NCBI GenBank assembly: GCA_029775915.1
Contig: JARVKA010000003.1
Location: 76,997 to 140,996, forward strand
Length of the DNA stretch: 64,000 nucleotides
Direction: 5' to 3'
Source of the DNA: Nitrososphaeria archaeon
GTDB lineage: Archaea > Thermoproteota > Nitrososphaeria > Nitrososphaerales > JANXEG01
In this document: in pieces, positions 9,332-19,399 of the stretch
Position numbering within the stretch: the first letter of the stretch is position 1
Layout of the letters: every line of letters begins with the position of its first letter
Notes under the pieces: generated by a model
The model's input: only the letters and a program-made list of their open reading frames with translations
The model's database searches: none
Told to the model about the DNA's origin: nothing
Translations under genes and position numbers: made by a program

Positions 9332-10633
9332 ATGTGTGTATCTCAATTGCATAAAGGAATGAATAGAAGATCGGGAAAAGAATCGTTAAATTCGACAAAA
9401 ATCAAATCCATTCGTGCTCGTTTATGTTACAATAGTAGAGGAGAAGAGACTGTTGAAGTTGATGTTGAAGTTAATGGATTTATAGGTAGAGTTGCAGCAC
9501 CATCTGGTGCAAGTGTTGGGAGGCATGAGGTAGTAGCTTTTGCACCAAATGGTGTTGAGGCTACTGCAAAATTAATTGAAAAATACTCATCACAACTTAT
9601 AGGTTTGGATGCATCAGATTATCATACTTTAACAAAGGTTTTAAAAGAGATTGATGGTACGGATAATTATAGTCGAATTGGTGGTTCAGCTGCTTATGCT
9701 ATAACAATCGCTTCTGTAGATGCGGCTTCAAAATCTTTAGGCATACCTTTATTCAAATTACTTAAACCAGAGGGTAATTGGAAAATACCATATCCAGTAG
9801 GCAATATTATTGGAGGGGGGAAGCATGCGGGAAGAGGCGCTCCAGATATACAAGAGTTTTTAGTAATTCCAATAGGTGCACCAAATATTCGAATGGCGCT
9901 TAATGCTAATATTGCGGTGCATCGTGAAGTTGGTATTCAAATTGAGCGTAAATCAATATCATTCACTAGGGGGAGGGGTGATGAGGGTGCGTGGGCACCA
10001 TTTATGAGTGATGAAGAAGCTTTAGAAATTTTATATTCATCTGCTAAATCGGTATCTGAGAAATTGGGCTTTGATATAAGATTGGGCCTTGACGTAGCAT
10101 CTTCATCACTTTGGGATGAGAAAGAAAAGGTTTATGTGTATCATAAATCTGGTGTGAAAAGATCTCCAGAAGAGCAATTGGAGTATATAATCTCATTAAT
10201 TGAGAGGTATAAATTGATTTATATTGAAGACCCTTTGCATGAAGAGGCTTTTAATGAATTTGCTGAACTTACTAAAAAAGTGAAGAATGTTTTTGTAGTT
10301 GGAGATGATATATTTGTGACGAATATAAAGCGGCTCATTAAAGCGAGTGAAATTGGTGCAGGTAATGGGGCTATATTAAAGGTGAATCAAGCTGGTGCGC
10401 TTGGTGATGCTATGAATTTCGCCCATATGGCTAAAAAATTGGGATATAGCTTGATAACATCCCATCGATCTGGTGATACGCCAGATTATCATATCGCTCA
10501 TATAGCGGTAGCTACAGATTCAAAAATGATAAAAACTGGTGTGATAGGTGGGGAGCGTGTAGCAAAATTGAATGAACTTTTAAGAATAAGTGAATTTTTA
10601 AAAGAGTATAAAATGGCGGATTTGGGGGTTTGA
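9332..10633 (+). CDS. eno: Enolase
   Basis: IKSIRARLCYNSRGEETVEVDV...IEDPLHEE...ILKVNQAGALGDA...SHRSGDT. The start may be the internal Met at 9359. Confidence 0.9.
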   Translation: MCVSQLHKGMNRRSGKESLNSTKIKSIRARLCYNSRGEETVEVDVEVNGFIGRVAAPSGASVGRHEVVAFAPNGVEATAKLIEKYSSQLIGLDASDYHTLTKVLKEIDGTDNYSRIGGSAAYAITIASVDAASKSLGIPLFKLLKPEGNWKIPYPVGNIIGGGKHAGRGAPDIQEFLVIPIGAPNIRMALNANIAVHREVGIQIERKSISFTRGRGDEGAWAPFMSDEEALEILYSSAKSVSEKLGFDIRLGLDVASSSLWDEKEKVYVYHKSGVKRSPEEQLEYIISLIERYKLIYIEDPLHEEAFNEFAELTKKVKNVFVVGDDIFVTNIKRLIKASEIGAGNGAILKVNQAGALGDAMNFAHMAKKLGYSLITSHRSGDTPDYHIAHIAVATDSKMIKTGVIGGERVAKLNELLRISEFLKEYKMADLGV

Positions 10634-10636
10634 GTT

Positions 10637-11305
10637 ATGTCTAAGGATGATGATAAGATAAGTGAAGAAGAAGGTAAGGGAATTGAAAAATTATCAACTA
10701 CAGAGATTTCTGAAAAATCACTTTTAGCTACTGGGATTAGAGTCGGAACTTTGGTTAAAACAAAGTTTATGGCACCATTTATTAGCCGTACAAGATCGGA
10801 TGGTTTGCATATAATAGATATAAGTAAGACTCTTGCAAGGATTGAAATTGCAGGAAGGTTCATTAGTAGTTACGATATAAGTAAAGTCGTTGTTTACTCT
10901 GCTCGTGAATATGGCAAAACGCCTGTTGAGAAGTTTTGTGAACTTACTGGTGCAATTCCTATTACTGGGAGATTTATGCCCGGAACTTTTACTAACCCTC
11001 TTTATCCTGGCCATATAGATGCTGAGTTGATAATCGTAACCGATCCCGCTGTAGATTATCAAGCGGTAGATGAAGCAACAAAGGTTGGCATACCAGTAAT
11101 TGCAATTTGTGATACTGATAATGTTACCTCAAATGTAGATTTGGTAATTCCAGCTAATAATCGAGGTAGAAAAGCTTTAGCAGCAGTTTTTTGGCTTTTA
11201 GCAAAATCGGTATTAACTCATTCTGGAGCTTTATCACCAGGTCAACCTATGAAGTATACCATTGAAGATTTTGAAACAAAGTTGGTTGAAGAAGAGGCTG
11301 AATAA
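10637..11305 (+). CDS. rps2: 30S ribosomal protein S2 (uS2)
   Basis: LLATGIRVGTLVKTKFMAPFISRTRSDGLHIIDISKT...IVTDPAVDYQAVDEATKVGIPVIAICDTDN. Confidence 0.93.
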   Translation: MSKDDDKISEEEGKGIEKLSTTEISEKSLLATGIRVGTLVKTKFMAPFISRTRSDGLHIIDISKTLARIEIAGRFISSYDISKVVVYSAREYGKTPVEKFCELTGAIPITGRFMPGTFTNPLYPGHIDAELIIVTDPAVDYQAVDEATKVGIPVIAICDTDNVTSNVDLVIPANNRGRKALAAVFWLLAKSVLTHSGALSPGQPMKYTIEDFETKLVEEEAE

Positions 11306-11557
11306 AGGTTCACATTAAAGCTTGTGTATTTTCAAATCTAATTAAATTCTTATGTTGATGTTAATCTTTCAGTAATTTTAATTAAATTATGGAATAAATT
11401 TTGAAAAATAAACCTCAAAATGGTTTAGAATTGTTCTTGTAAAAGTCTTTATCTTTATTTTAAATGGTTTGCAATTGCAGTAAAAGAGAAAAATGTAAGG
11501 AGAAACCCCTATAAGCAAAAAGCTATAAATTTTTATGGAGGTTAAGATAGTAATCCT

Positions 11558-12400
11558 ATGACCTTAAGATACCCCGCTGTAGCGGATCAATTTTATCCGA
11601 GTGAGCCCACAATATTAAAAAACTCAATTGAGGATTGCTTTTTTCATAAACTCGGTCCTGGAAAAAAGCCGCCATCAAATGAAGATTTAGGCAAGATTAT
11701 TGGTTTAATCTCTCCACATGCTGGATATATGTATTCTGGACCAATAGCGGCTCATGGATACTACGCTATATCATTCTTAAAGAATATAGATTTAATTGTG
11801 ATTATTGGGCCGAACCATTGGGGATTGGGAAGTGGTGTAGCAGCATATCCAGCTGGCATTTGGGTAACACCATTGGGTAAAGTAGAAGTGGATAAAAATG
11901 CTGCTGAGCAACTTGTTAAAGTATCCAAAATTGTAGATTTTGATGATTTAGCACATAAAAATGAGCACTCTATTGAAGTTCAAATCCCATTCCTTCAATA
12001 CATTTTTCCAAAAGGTTTTAAGATTCTTCCTATATGCATGGCTTTGCAAGATAAAGCTACTTCAATTGAAGTTGGTGAAGCTTTAGCAGAGGTTGTTAAA
12101 GATAAAAATGCTCTTTTAATCGCATCATCCGATTTCACTCATTATGAGAGTCAAGATATTGCGCTTAAAAAGGATTTAGAAGCTATAAAAGCTATTTGTG
12201 AATTAAATGTGGATAGCTTTTATGAAAAGATTCGTAAATTGGATATATCTATTTGTGGTTATGGACCTATTGCAACATTAATAACTGCAGCAAAGAAATT
12301 AAACGCAAGTAAAGGAAATCTTCTTAAATATGCAACAAGTGGTGATATTACTGGAGATATAAGCGCTGTAGTAGGTTATGCATCAATACTCATTCTTTAA
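11558..12400 (+). CDS. MEMO1 / AmmeMemoRadiSam system protein B family
   Basis: RYPAVADQFYP...SPHAGYMYSGPIAAHGY...HSIEVQIPFLQY. It lies in the usual archaeal position upstream of mvk. Confidence 0.8.
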   Translation: MTLRYPAVADQFYPSEPTILKNSIEDCFFHKLGPGKKPPSNEDLGKIIGLISPHAGYMYSGPIAAHGYYAISFLKNIDLIVIIGPNHWGLGSGVAAYPAGIWVTPLGKVEVDKNAAEQLVKVSKIVDFDDLAHKNEHSIEVQIPFLQYIFPKGFKILPICMALQDKATSIEVGEALAEVVKDKNALLIASSDFTHYESQDIALKKDLEAIKAICELNVDSFYEKIRKLDISICGYGPIATLITAAKKLNASKGNLLKYATSGDITGDISAVVGYASILIL

Positions 12401-12411
12401 AGTGTGTTTTA

Positions 12412-13359
12412 ATGAGATTTATTGCTCAAGCTCCAGGTAAAATCATTATAACTGGTGAGCATTTCGTAGTTTATGGTTCACATGCATTAGCCGCAGCGAT
12501 TGATAAAGTGGTTAAGGTTAATGCAAAAATCTCTGATACCACTTGTATTATCTCAAAGAATTTGGGATTATCTGGCATATTCCCGAATAAAGTACCACAT
12601 GCATTAAAACCAATAGCTCAAGTTTTGCAAGCTACGTTAAAATATCTTGGTGAGAAAAAGAATCTTTTATTGACAATAGATTCGGATATACCCGTTGGTT
12701 CAGGACTCGGCTCTTCAGCATCGGTAGCTGTGGCTTCCGTTGTAGCTATATCTGAAGCACTTGGTTATCATCTTACTAAAAAAGAAATTATAGATCTCGC
12801 TATGATTTCAGAAAGGATGATACATAAAAATCCATCTGGTATAGATGTGAATGTAGCTGTTTATGGAGGAGTAATTTTATTTAAAAAAGATTTTGGAGCT
12901 AAGGTTATAGATGTAAAATCCAATATTGAATTTGTAATTGGTTATAGTGGATTGTATAGAGAGACTTCAAAATTGATACAAAAAGTTGCTGAAGTAAAAG
13001 CTACTAAACCCAATTTATTTAATGGGCTTGTACAATCATCATCTCAATTAAGTTTAATAGCTACTAACTCTATAAAGCAAAATGATTTAATAACTTTAGG
13101 TGCGATTCTCAACTTTTATCATGTAATTTTAAGTTGGCTCGGTGTATCAATAAATGAGATTGATAAAATGGTTGAGGCTTCATTAGCAGCTGGTGCATTA
13201 GGAGCTAAAGTTACGGGTGGGGGTGGGGGCGGTTGTATAATCGCTTTACCTCAAATTAATCATTCAAAGGAGGTTTTAGATTCTATTAAAAATCTTGGAA
13301 AGGATGCATTTATTACTAAAATACCTGTTGGGGGTGTGAAGGTTTGGTCAGAAGATTAA
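12412..13359 (+). CDS. mvk: Mevalonate kinase
   Basis: GHMP kinase: APGKIIITGEHFVVYG, PVGSGLGSSASVAVA, KVTGGGGGGC. Confidence 0.88.
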   Translation: MRFIAQAPGKIIITGEHFVVYGSHALAAAIDKVVKVNAKISDTTCIISKNLGLSGIFPNKVPHALKPIAQVLQATLKYLGEKKNLLLTIDSDIPVGSGLGSSASVAVASVVAISEALGYHLTKKEIIDLAMISERMIHKNPSGIDVNVAVYGGVILFKKDFGAKVIDVKSNIEFVIGYSGLYRETSKLIQKVAEVKATKPNLFNGLVQSSSQLSLIATNSIKQNDLITLGAILNFYHVILSWLGVSINEIDKMVEASLAAGALGAKVTGGGGGGCIIALPQINHSKEVLDSIKNLGKDAFITKIPVGGVKVWSED

Positions 13360-14117
13360 TAATTATTAAATTGGGAGGTTCTGTAATCACATTAAAAAAT
13401 CAACCATTAACCCCAAATTTAAAAGCTATTCAAAACCTCTCTTATGCTATTTCTCAATCAAGTGTAAATGTGGTTATCGTTCATGGAGGTGGTTCATTCG
13501 GGCATTATTATGCTAATAAATATGGCATTACTACAGAATCAAAATGGTATTCTGCTGAAGGTATATCGAAAACGAAGTTAGCCATGCTTAAACTTCATAT
13601 GTATATTCTTGAGGCTCTTGAGCATTATAATCTTTATCCTTACTCAATACCACCCATTACTTTTTTACACAATGGTGAAGCTGATGAAAGAAAAAGAGAT
13701 TTTTTAAAAGGCTTAATTAAGATAAATATAACCCCTGTTACATTTGGTGATATTATCTTAACAAATAATGGATTTCAAGTAATTTCTGGTGATACTTTGG
13801 TTAGAATATTGGCAGAGTTATTACATCCAAATTGTGTAATCTTTACTATGGATGTGGATGGTGTTTATCAAAGGATAGATTCTCCTAATACTCTCATTCC
13901 AATTATCGATGTTGAAAAGAATTTAGAAATAAGTCTTTTAAAAGCACCTTTTGATGTAACTGGTGGGATGAAATTAAAATTAGCAGAAGCTTTAAAAATC
14001 TCATCATTAGGTATAGATGTGTATTTTATAAATGGTTTAAAAATTGAGCAAGTTATAAAAGCATTAAAAGGAGAATCTTTTATAGGTACGATTATTAAAG
14101 GGATAAAGCATGGTTAA
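13344..14117 (+). CDS. Isopentenyl phosphate kinase
   Basis: Amino-acid-kinase fold: IIKLGGSVITLK, VHGGGSFGH, FGD...ISGD, DVDGVY. It overlaps mvk by 16 nt. Confidence 0.85.
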   Translation: MVRRLIIIKLGGSVITLKNQPLTPNLKAIQNLSYAISQSSVNVVIVHGGGSFGHYYANKYGITTESKWYSAEGISKTKLAMLKLHMYILEALEHYNLYPYSIPPITFLHNGEADERKRDFLKGLIKINITPVTFGDIILTNNGFQVISGDTLVRILAELLHPNCVIFTMDVDGVYQRIDSPNTLIPIIDVEKNLEISLLKAPFDVTGGMKLKLAEALKISSLGIDVYFINGLKIEQVIKALKGESFIGTIIKGIKHG

Positions 14118-15168
14118 TATAAAAGAGAGAAAGTTTAATCATATTCAAATATCATTAAAGCATAATGTGGAGGCCAAAAGTATAACTACACTTCTTGAGC
14201 ATATTCATCTTATACACAATGCTTTACCAGAGTTAAATATGGATGAGATAGATACATCTACAACTTTTTTAAATTATAAATTTAATGCACCAATTTTAAT
14301 CGATGCTATAACTGGTGGTACACAAGAATCACTCAAGATTAACGCTACATTAAGTTTAGCTGCAGAAAAATTAGGCTTAGGTATGGTAGTAGGAAGTCAA
14401 AAGGCTGCATTAAAATCTCCCGAGGTTGCTGAAACTTATTCCATAGTTCGCAAAAATGCTCCTAATGCATTTATAGCTACGAATATAGGTGCTAGTGATT
14501 TAATCACAAATTTCACAATAAGTGATGCAGAGAAGTTAATCGATATGATTAAAGCTAATGCTTTTGTAATCCATTTGAATCCACTTCAAGAGTTAATACA
14601 GCCTGAGGGTGTTTCGAGATATAAAGGTGTCTTGGTAAAGATTCGTGAACTTACATCTCAATTAAAAGTCCCTGTAATAGTTAAAGAAGTTGGTGCGGGT
14701 ATATCGAAAGAGGTGGCTATAAAGTTAGAGCTAGCGGGTGTTTCAGCGATTAATATAGCTGGGGCTGGTGGAACGAGCTGGGCGGGTGTTGAGCAAATTA
14801 GAGGTGAAGCTGAAGGTAATAAGGTAAAATCAAGACTCGGTCTTCTTTATTGGGATTGGGGCATACCAACAGCTGTTAGCCTTATTGAAGTAAGAAAAGC
14901 TGTTAAGATACCAATTATAGCATCAGGAGGTTTAAGAAATGGTTTAGATATTGCAAAATGCATGGTTTTGGGTGCGGATCTATGTGGTATGGCATTACCA
15001 ATGTTAAAGTATGCGGTAAAATCTCTCGATGATCTTATTGAATTTATTCAAAATACCATTTTAGAATTAAAAGTAGCGATGTATTTAGTTGGTGCTGGTA
15101 ATTTGAAAGCTTTGAGAAATGTAAGATATGTAATTACAAGTCCATTAACTGAATGGTTGAAGTCTTAA
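14110..15168 (+). CDS. fni: Isopentenyl-diphosphate delta-isomerase, type 2 (FMN)
   Basis: RKFNHIQI..., VKEVGAGIS, AGAGGTSWAGVE, ASGGLRNGLDIAK. Confidence 0.9.
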   Translation: MVNIKERKFNHIQISLKHNVEAKSITTLLEHIHLIHNALPELNMDEIDTSTTFLNYKFNAPILIDAITGGTQESLKINATLSLAAEKLGLGMVVGSQKAALKSPEVAETYSIVRKNAPNAFIATNIGASDLITNFTISDAEKLIDMIKANAFVIHLNPLQELIQPEGVSRYKGVLVKIRELTSQLKVPVIVKEVGAGISKEVAIKLELAGVSAINIAGAGGTSWAGVEQIRGEAEGNKVKSRLGLLYWDWGIPTAVSLIEVRKAVKIPIIASGGLRNGLDIAKCMVLGADLCGMALPMLKYAVKSLDDLIEFIQNTILELKVAMYLVGAGNLKALRNVRYVITSPLTEWLKS

Positions 15169-15187
15169 TGAGAATTGAGTGATTCTT

Positions 15188-16225
15188 ATGGATTACAATA
15201 GATTATTATCAATTTTAGAGGAGAATAAAAGAATTATAGATGAGTTTATATTCCAATTTTTACCTAAGGAGCATGAAATACCTGAGATTAACTCTTTATA
15301 CGCTATGATGAGAGATTATCCATCTAGAAAGGCAAAGGGTTTAAGATCAGCTCTTTGTATGACCGTTTGTGAGGTTTTTGGTGGCAATCCAAAATCAGCA
15401 TTAATTACCGCTGCTGCACTTGAGATTTTTCAAAATTGGATTTTAATCCATGATGATATTGAAGATGATTCAGATATGAGAAGAGGAGCACCGACCCTTC
15501 ATAAAAAGTATGGTATACCTTTAGCATTAAACGTTGGTGATGCTTTACATGTAAAGATGTGGGAATGTTTGTTAAAGAATAGGGAGATTTTTGATGCTGA
15601 AAAGGTTTGTGATATAATCTCCGAGTTTAGTCGTATGGTGAATGAGACTACAGAAGGTCAGCATATGGAGTTAATGTGGATAGCTGAGAATAAATGGGAT
15701 TTAAGAGAAGAAGATTATTATAAATTATGTGAGAAAAAAACCTCATGGTATACATGTATTACGCCTTGTAGATTAGGTGCAATTATCGCGAATACTCCAC
15801 GTGAAAAGTTAGATGAGTTAATCCCCTTTGGTAAGAATCTTGGTATAGCATTTCAAATAACTGATGATTTACTTAACTTAGAGTCTGATGTAAGTAAATA
15901 TGGGAAAGAGGCACTTGGTGATATTTGGGAGAGTAAAAGAACTTTAATGGTAATTCATTTAATCAATGTATGTAATAATGAGGATAAAGAGCGTGTATTA
16001 AAAATTTTGAGTAAAAAAAGGTTTGAAAAGGAGGATTATGAGGTTTATGAGGTTTATAAATTAATGAAGTCTTTAGGCGTAATAGATTATGCGAGGAAAA
16101 AGTGTGATGCTTTTGCAACTGAGGCTAAAAAGTATTTTAATATTATCTTCGGCTCTCTCCCAGAGACAAGTGCGAAGCAGAATTTAAGGGATATTATCGA
16201 ATTTATGACTGCGAGGCAATGGTAG
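15188..16225 (+). CDS. Polyprenyl (geranylgeranyl) diphosphate synthase
   Basis: First DDxxD in ILIHDDIEDDSDMRRG and second in FQITDDLLN. The start is taken at ATG 15188. Confidence 0.85.
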   Translation: MDYNRLLSILEENKRIIDEFIFQFLPKEHEIPEINSLYAMMRDYPSRKAKGLRSALCMTVCEVFGGNPKSALITAAALEIFQNWILIHDDIEDDSDMRRGAPTLHKKYGIPLALNVGDALHVKMWECLLKNREIFDAEKVCDIISEFSRMVNETTEGQHMELMWIAENKWDLREEDYYKLCEKKTSWYTCITPCRLGAIIANTPREKLDELIPFGKNLGIAFQITDDLLNLESDVSKYGKEALGDIWESKRTLMVIHLINVCNNEDKERVLKILSKKRFEKEDYEVYEVYKLMKSLGVIDYARKKCDAFATEAKKYFNIIFGSLPETSAKQNLRDIIEFMTARQW

Positions 16226-16255
16226 AGCCTTTATTTAACCTTTAATCAAATAATA

Positions 16256-17986
16256 ATGAGCGAAATGTCAGAAATACCATCAAATTTAAGGGTCATAATT
16301 CGTAAGCATGCTTTATTCAACGCATACAAGCATAAAGGTAGAGCAGATACTTCAGTAGTAATTAGTAAGGTATTAGGAGAGGTGCCACAACTTAAACCAA
16401 TGGTTAAATCCTTGATAGAGTTGGTTAAAGAGGTTGTGAATGAAGTTAATCAAATGAGTATAGATGATCAAATTAAAACTCTAAATATTGAATATCCAAA
16501 TCTTTTATCAAGAGAAACTCAAATTAAATTCGAGGAGAAGAAATTACCACCGCTACCCAATGCAAAAAAAGGAGAAGTAGTAACTCGATTTCCACCCGAG
16601 CCGAATGGTTATCCACATATAGGGCATGCAAAAGCTGCAATTATTGATGAAACTTATGCACGTATGTATGATGGTAAATTTATTTTGAGATTTGATGATA
16701 CAAATCCGGCTAAAGAGAAGTTAGAATATTATGATGCTATTTTAGATGGTTTGAAATGGTTGGGTATAAAGCCAGATTTGATAAAGAATACCTCTGATGA
16801 TATTGAAATTCTTTATGAATTTGCAGAGCGTTTAATCAAATCTGGTAATTGCTATGTATGCACATGCGAACCAAATGTAATAAAAATGAATCGTGCTGAA
16901 GGGCGCGAATGTATATGTAGAGAAAGAACGATTGAAAAGAATTATGAGTTGTGGAATCGAATGTTCTCAACATTTAAGCAAAATGAAGCAATATTAAGGT
17001 TGAAGGTTGATATGAGGCATTTGAATACTGCTTTACGTGATCCAACATTATTCAGAATTGTGGAAGCTGAGCATCCTCTTAAAAAGAATAAGTATCGTGT
17101 ATGGCCAACTTATGATTTTGCGGTAGCGATTGAAGATAGTTTGGATGGCGTAACTCACGCTATGAGAACGAAAGAGTATGAGCTTAGAGATGAGCTTTAT
17201 TATTTATTATTAAAATTGCTAAATTTGAGAAAGCCTTTATTAATAGAATTCTCGAGATTAGAGATGGAAGGTACACCAGTTTCAAAGAGATTTTTGAAGC
17301 CTTTAATAGATAAAAAATTGGTAAGTGGTTGGGATGATCCAAGAATGCCAACTTTAATAGGGCTTCGAAGAAGAGGAATATTACCAGAAGCGATTAGAGA
17401 ATTCATTTTAAGTTTAGGTGTATCGAAGGTTGAGTCAAAACCGAGTTGGGATATTTTAGAGAGTTTTAATAGAAAGCTCCTAGACCCAATAGCAAAAAGA
17501 TACTTTTTTGTACCAGATCCAATTCGATTAGAAGTTGAAGATGCACCAAATTTAAAAGTGAGATTAAAGCATCATCCAGATCGCGATTTAGGTTATCGTG
17601 AGATTGAAACTAAAAATATTTTTTACATACCATCCGATGATTTAAAGAGTTTAAAGATTGGAGATACTTTAAGGCTTATGGATCTTTATAATATTCAATT
17701 GATAGAGAAAGGTGAAGATTATGCAATCGGTTCTTTTGCTGGTATTGAGATTATAAATGGTATACCAAAGGTACAATGGGTTACTGAGGATTACGTAAAA
17801 TTCACAATTTTAATTCCAAGCGCTCTTTACATTAATAATCAATTTAATGAAAAAAGCTTAACAATAAAATCTGGTTTTGCAGAAAGAGCATGTGTGGATT
17901 TAAAGATTGGTGAGATTATTCAATTTGTACGCTTTGGATTTTGTAGAATCGATGCACCTAATATTGCTATTTTAACACATAAGTGA
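16256..17986 (+). CDS. gltX: Glutamyl-tRNA synthetase (archaeal type)
   Basis: RFPPEPNGYPHIGHAKAA (HIGH motif), LRFDDTNP, WPTYDFAVAIEDSLDGVTH, and TPVSKR as the KMSKS equivalent. Confidence 0.9.
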   Translation: MSEMSEIPSNLRVIIRKHALFNAYKHKGRADTSVVISKVLGEVPQLKPMVKSLIELVKEVVNEVNQMSIDDQIKTLNIEYPNLLSRETQIKFEEKKLPPLPNAKKGEVVTRFPPEPNGYPHIGHAKAAIIDETYARMYDGKFILRFDDTNPAKEKLEYYDAILDGLKWLGIKPDLIKNTSDDIEILYEFAERLIKSGNCYVCTCEPNVIKMNRAEGRECICRERTIEKNYELWNRMFSTFKQNEAILRLKVDMRHLNTALRDPTLFRIVEAEHPLKKNKYRVWPTYDFAVAIEDSLDGVTHAMRTKEYELRDELYYLLLKLLNLRKPLLIEFSRLEMEGTPVSKRFLKPLIDKKLVSGWDDPRMPTLIGLRRRGILPEAIREFILSLGVSKVESKPSWDILESFNRKLLDPIAKRYFFVPDPIRLEVEDAPNLKVRLKHHPDRDLGYREIETKNIFYIPSDDLKSLKIGDTLRLMDLYNIQLIEKGEDYAIGSFAGIEIINGIPKVQWVTEDYVKFTILIPSALYINNQFNEKSLTIKSGFAERACVDLKIGEIIQFVRFGFCRIDAPNIAILTHK

Positions 17987-17992
17987 TTTTTT

Positions 17993-19291
17993 TTGGTTAA
18001 TGAATTTTCCCTCGCTGAATCTATTAAAGATTTTATTCAAAAGAATAGTATTTTAGAGGGCTATATTACGCCACTTTATAATACACACTCTATTTGCAAT
18101 ATACCCAACACTATAATGCTTGCATTCGATATTAATATTAAAAAACCACCTTTACAACCTATTGATATTATAAAAGAGCAAATTGAAGGTGTAAGAAAGT
18201 TAGTATTAATGGTTATAGATTCCTTAGGTTACCTTCAACTCATGAAGTATATAAAGAGTGATGAGAAATTTTTTATTAATAATCTTATAAAGCATGGTTT
18301 ATTCTTACCAATTACATCAACCTTTCCATCAACCACAACTACAGGCTTAACATCATTGAGTACAGGTTTTACACCTCAAGAGCATGGGATAATTGGTTAT
18401 ACAATGTATGTAAAGATGCTAGGCTTGGTAGCAAATTTAATATCTTTTGCACCAGCGGTGGATTATCGAAGGGATGTAATGATGGATTGGGGTATTGATT
18501 TAAAAAAGTTTTTAGGTTTACCAACGATTTATGAACAACTTAGTAATGAGAAGATTCAATCTTATGTTTTAATTCGTAACTATCTCACAAATACCGCTTT
18601 ATCAAAAATGCTTCACAATGGAGCTGAGATAAGAGGCTTTGTAAATTATTCAGACTTTCTTATTACATTGAGAAAAATATTGGAAGAGAAGCCGAATAAG
18701 GATACTTATATATTCGCTTATTGGGAAGCTTATGATACCGTCTCACATATTTATGGTCCAGATACGGAAGAGGCTAAGAGTGAGTTAAAGTGCTTCTTCA
18801 ATACCTTAAAAAGTGAGTTTTTAGATAAGCTCACTCCTAAAGTTGCAAAAAGAACTACGCTTATAATAACTGGTGATCATGGACAAGCGAGTATATCTCA
18901 AAAGTCAGTTACAATGGTATCGAAGCATCCAAAGTTAATGAAGAATTTAAGAATTCCACCTACTGGTGATTCCAGAGCTTCATTTCTCTTCTCTGAAACT
19001 GGGAAAGTAGAATGGGTAAAAGATTATATTCAAAAGAAACTTCAAGGAAAGGTAGATCTTTTTGATTCTAAATGGTTAATACGTAAAGGATTCTTTGGTT
19101 CTAGAGATTATAAACCAGATTTTAAAGAGCGGGTTGGTGATCTTACTTTAATCTCTAAAAATGATCACGCATTTGTATATCCATATAAAGGGCATGAAGA
19201 ATATACTTTGAAAGGTGCTCATGGAGGCTTAGCTCCAGAAGAGGCTTTAGTACCCTTTATTTGCATCAAGTTAATAGGTCTTCACCATTAA
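17993..19291 (+). CDS. Alkaline-phosphatase-superfamily (nucleotide pyrophosphatase/phosphodiesterase or PglZ-like) protein
   Basis: VIDSLGY, TFPSTTTTGLTSLSTG (nucleophile region), ITGDHGQ, GAHGG. Confidence 0.65.
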   Translation: MVNEFSLAESIKDFIQKNSILEGYITPLYNTHSICNIPNTIMLAFDINIKKPPLQPIDIIKEQIEGVRKLVLMVIDSLGYLQLMKYIKSDEKFFINNLIKHGLFLPITSTFPSTTTTGLTSLSTGFTPQEHGIIGYTMYVKMLGLVANLISFAPAVDYRRDVMMDWGIDLKKFLGLPTIYEQLSNEKIQSYVLIRNYLTNTALSKMLHNGAEIRGFVNYSDFLITLRKILEEKPNKDTYIFAYWEAYDTVSHIYGPDTEEAKSELKCFFNTLKSEFLDKLTPKVAKRTTLIITGDHGQASISQKSVTMVSKHPKLMKNLRIPPTGDSRASFLFSETGKVEWVKDYIQKKLQGKVDLFDSKWLIRKGFFGSRDYKPDFKERVGDLTLISKNDHAFVYPYKGHEEYTLKGAHGGLAPEEALVPFICIKLIGLHH

Positions 19292-19399
19292 TCTCACTTT
19301 TATGTTATTTAATAAGCATAATGTTTAGTGAATGAACCTTTAACCAAAGTAAATGGAGATTTAATTTGATAATATTATTATGCGTGAATGAGTATTATT

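Noticed and set aside
10498-11062. Antisense ORFs within eno/rps2, with similar cases at 19766-20154, 20714-21040, 22225-22461, 23005-23232, 54018-54365 and 59665-59994
   Set aside because: Each lies opposite a confidently identified gene, has a Ser/Leu/Ile-rich low-complexity product and carries no motif. These are typical shadow ORFs.
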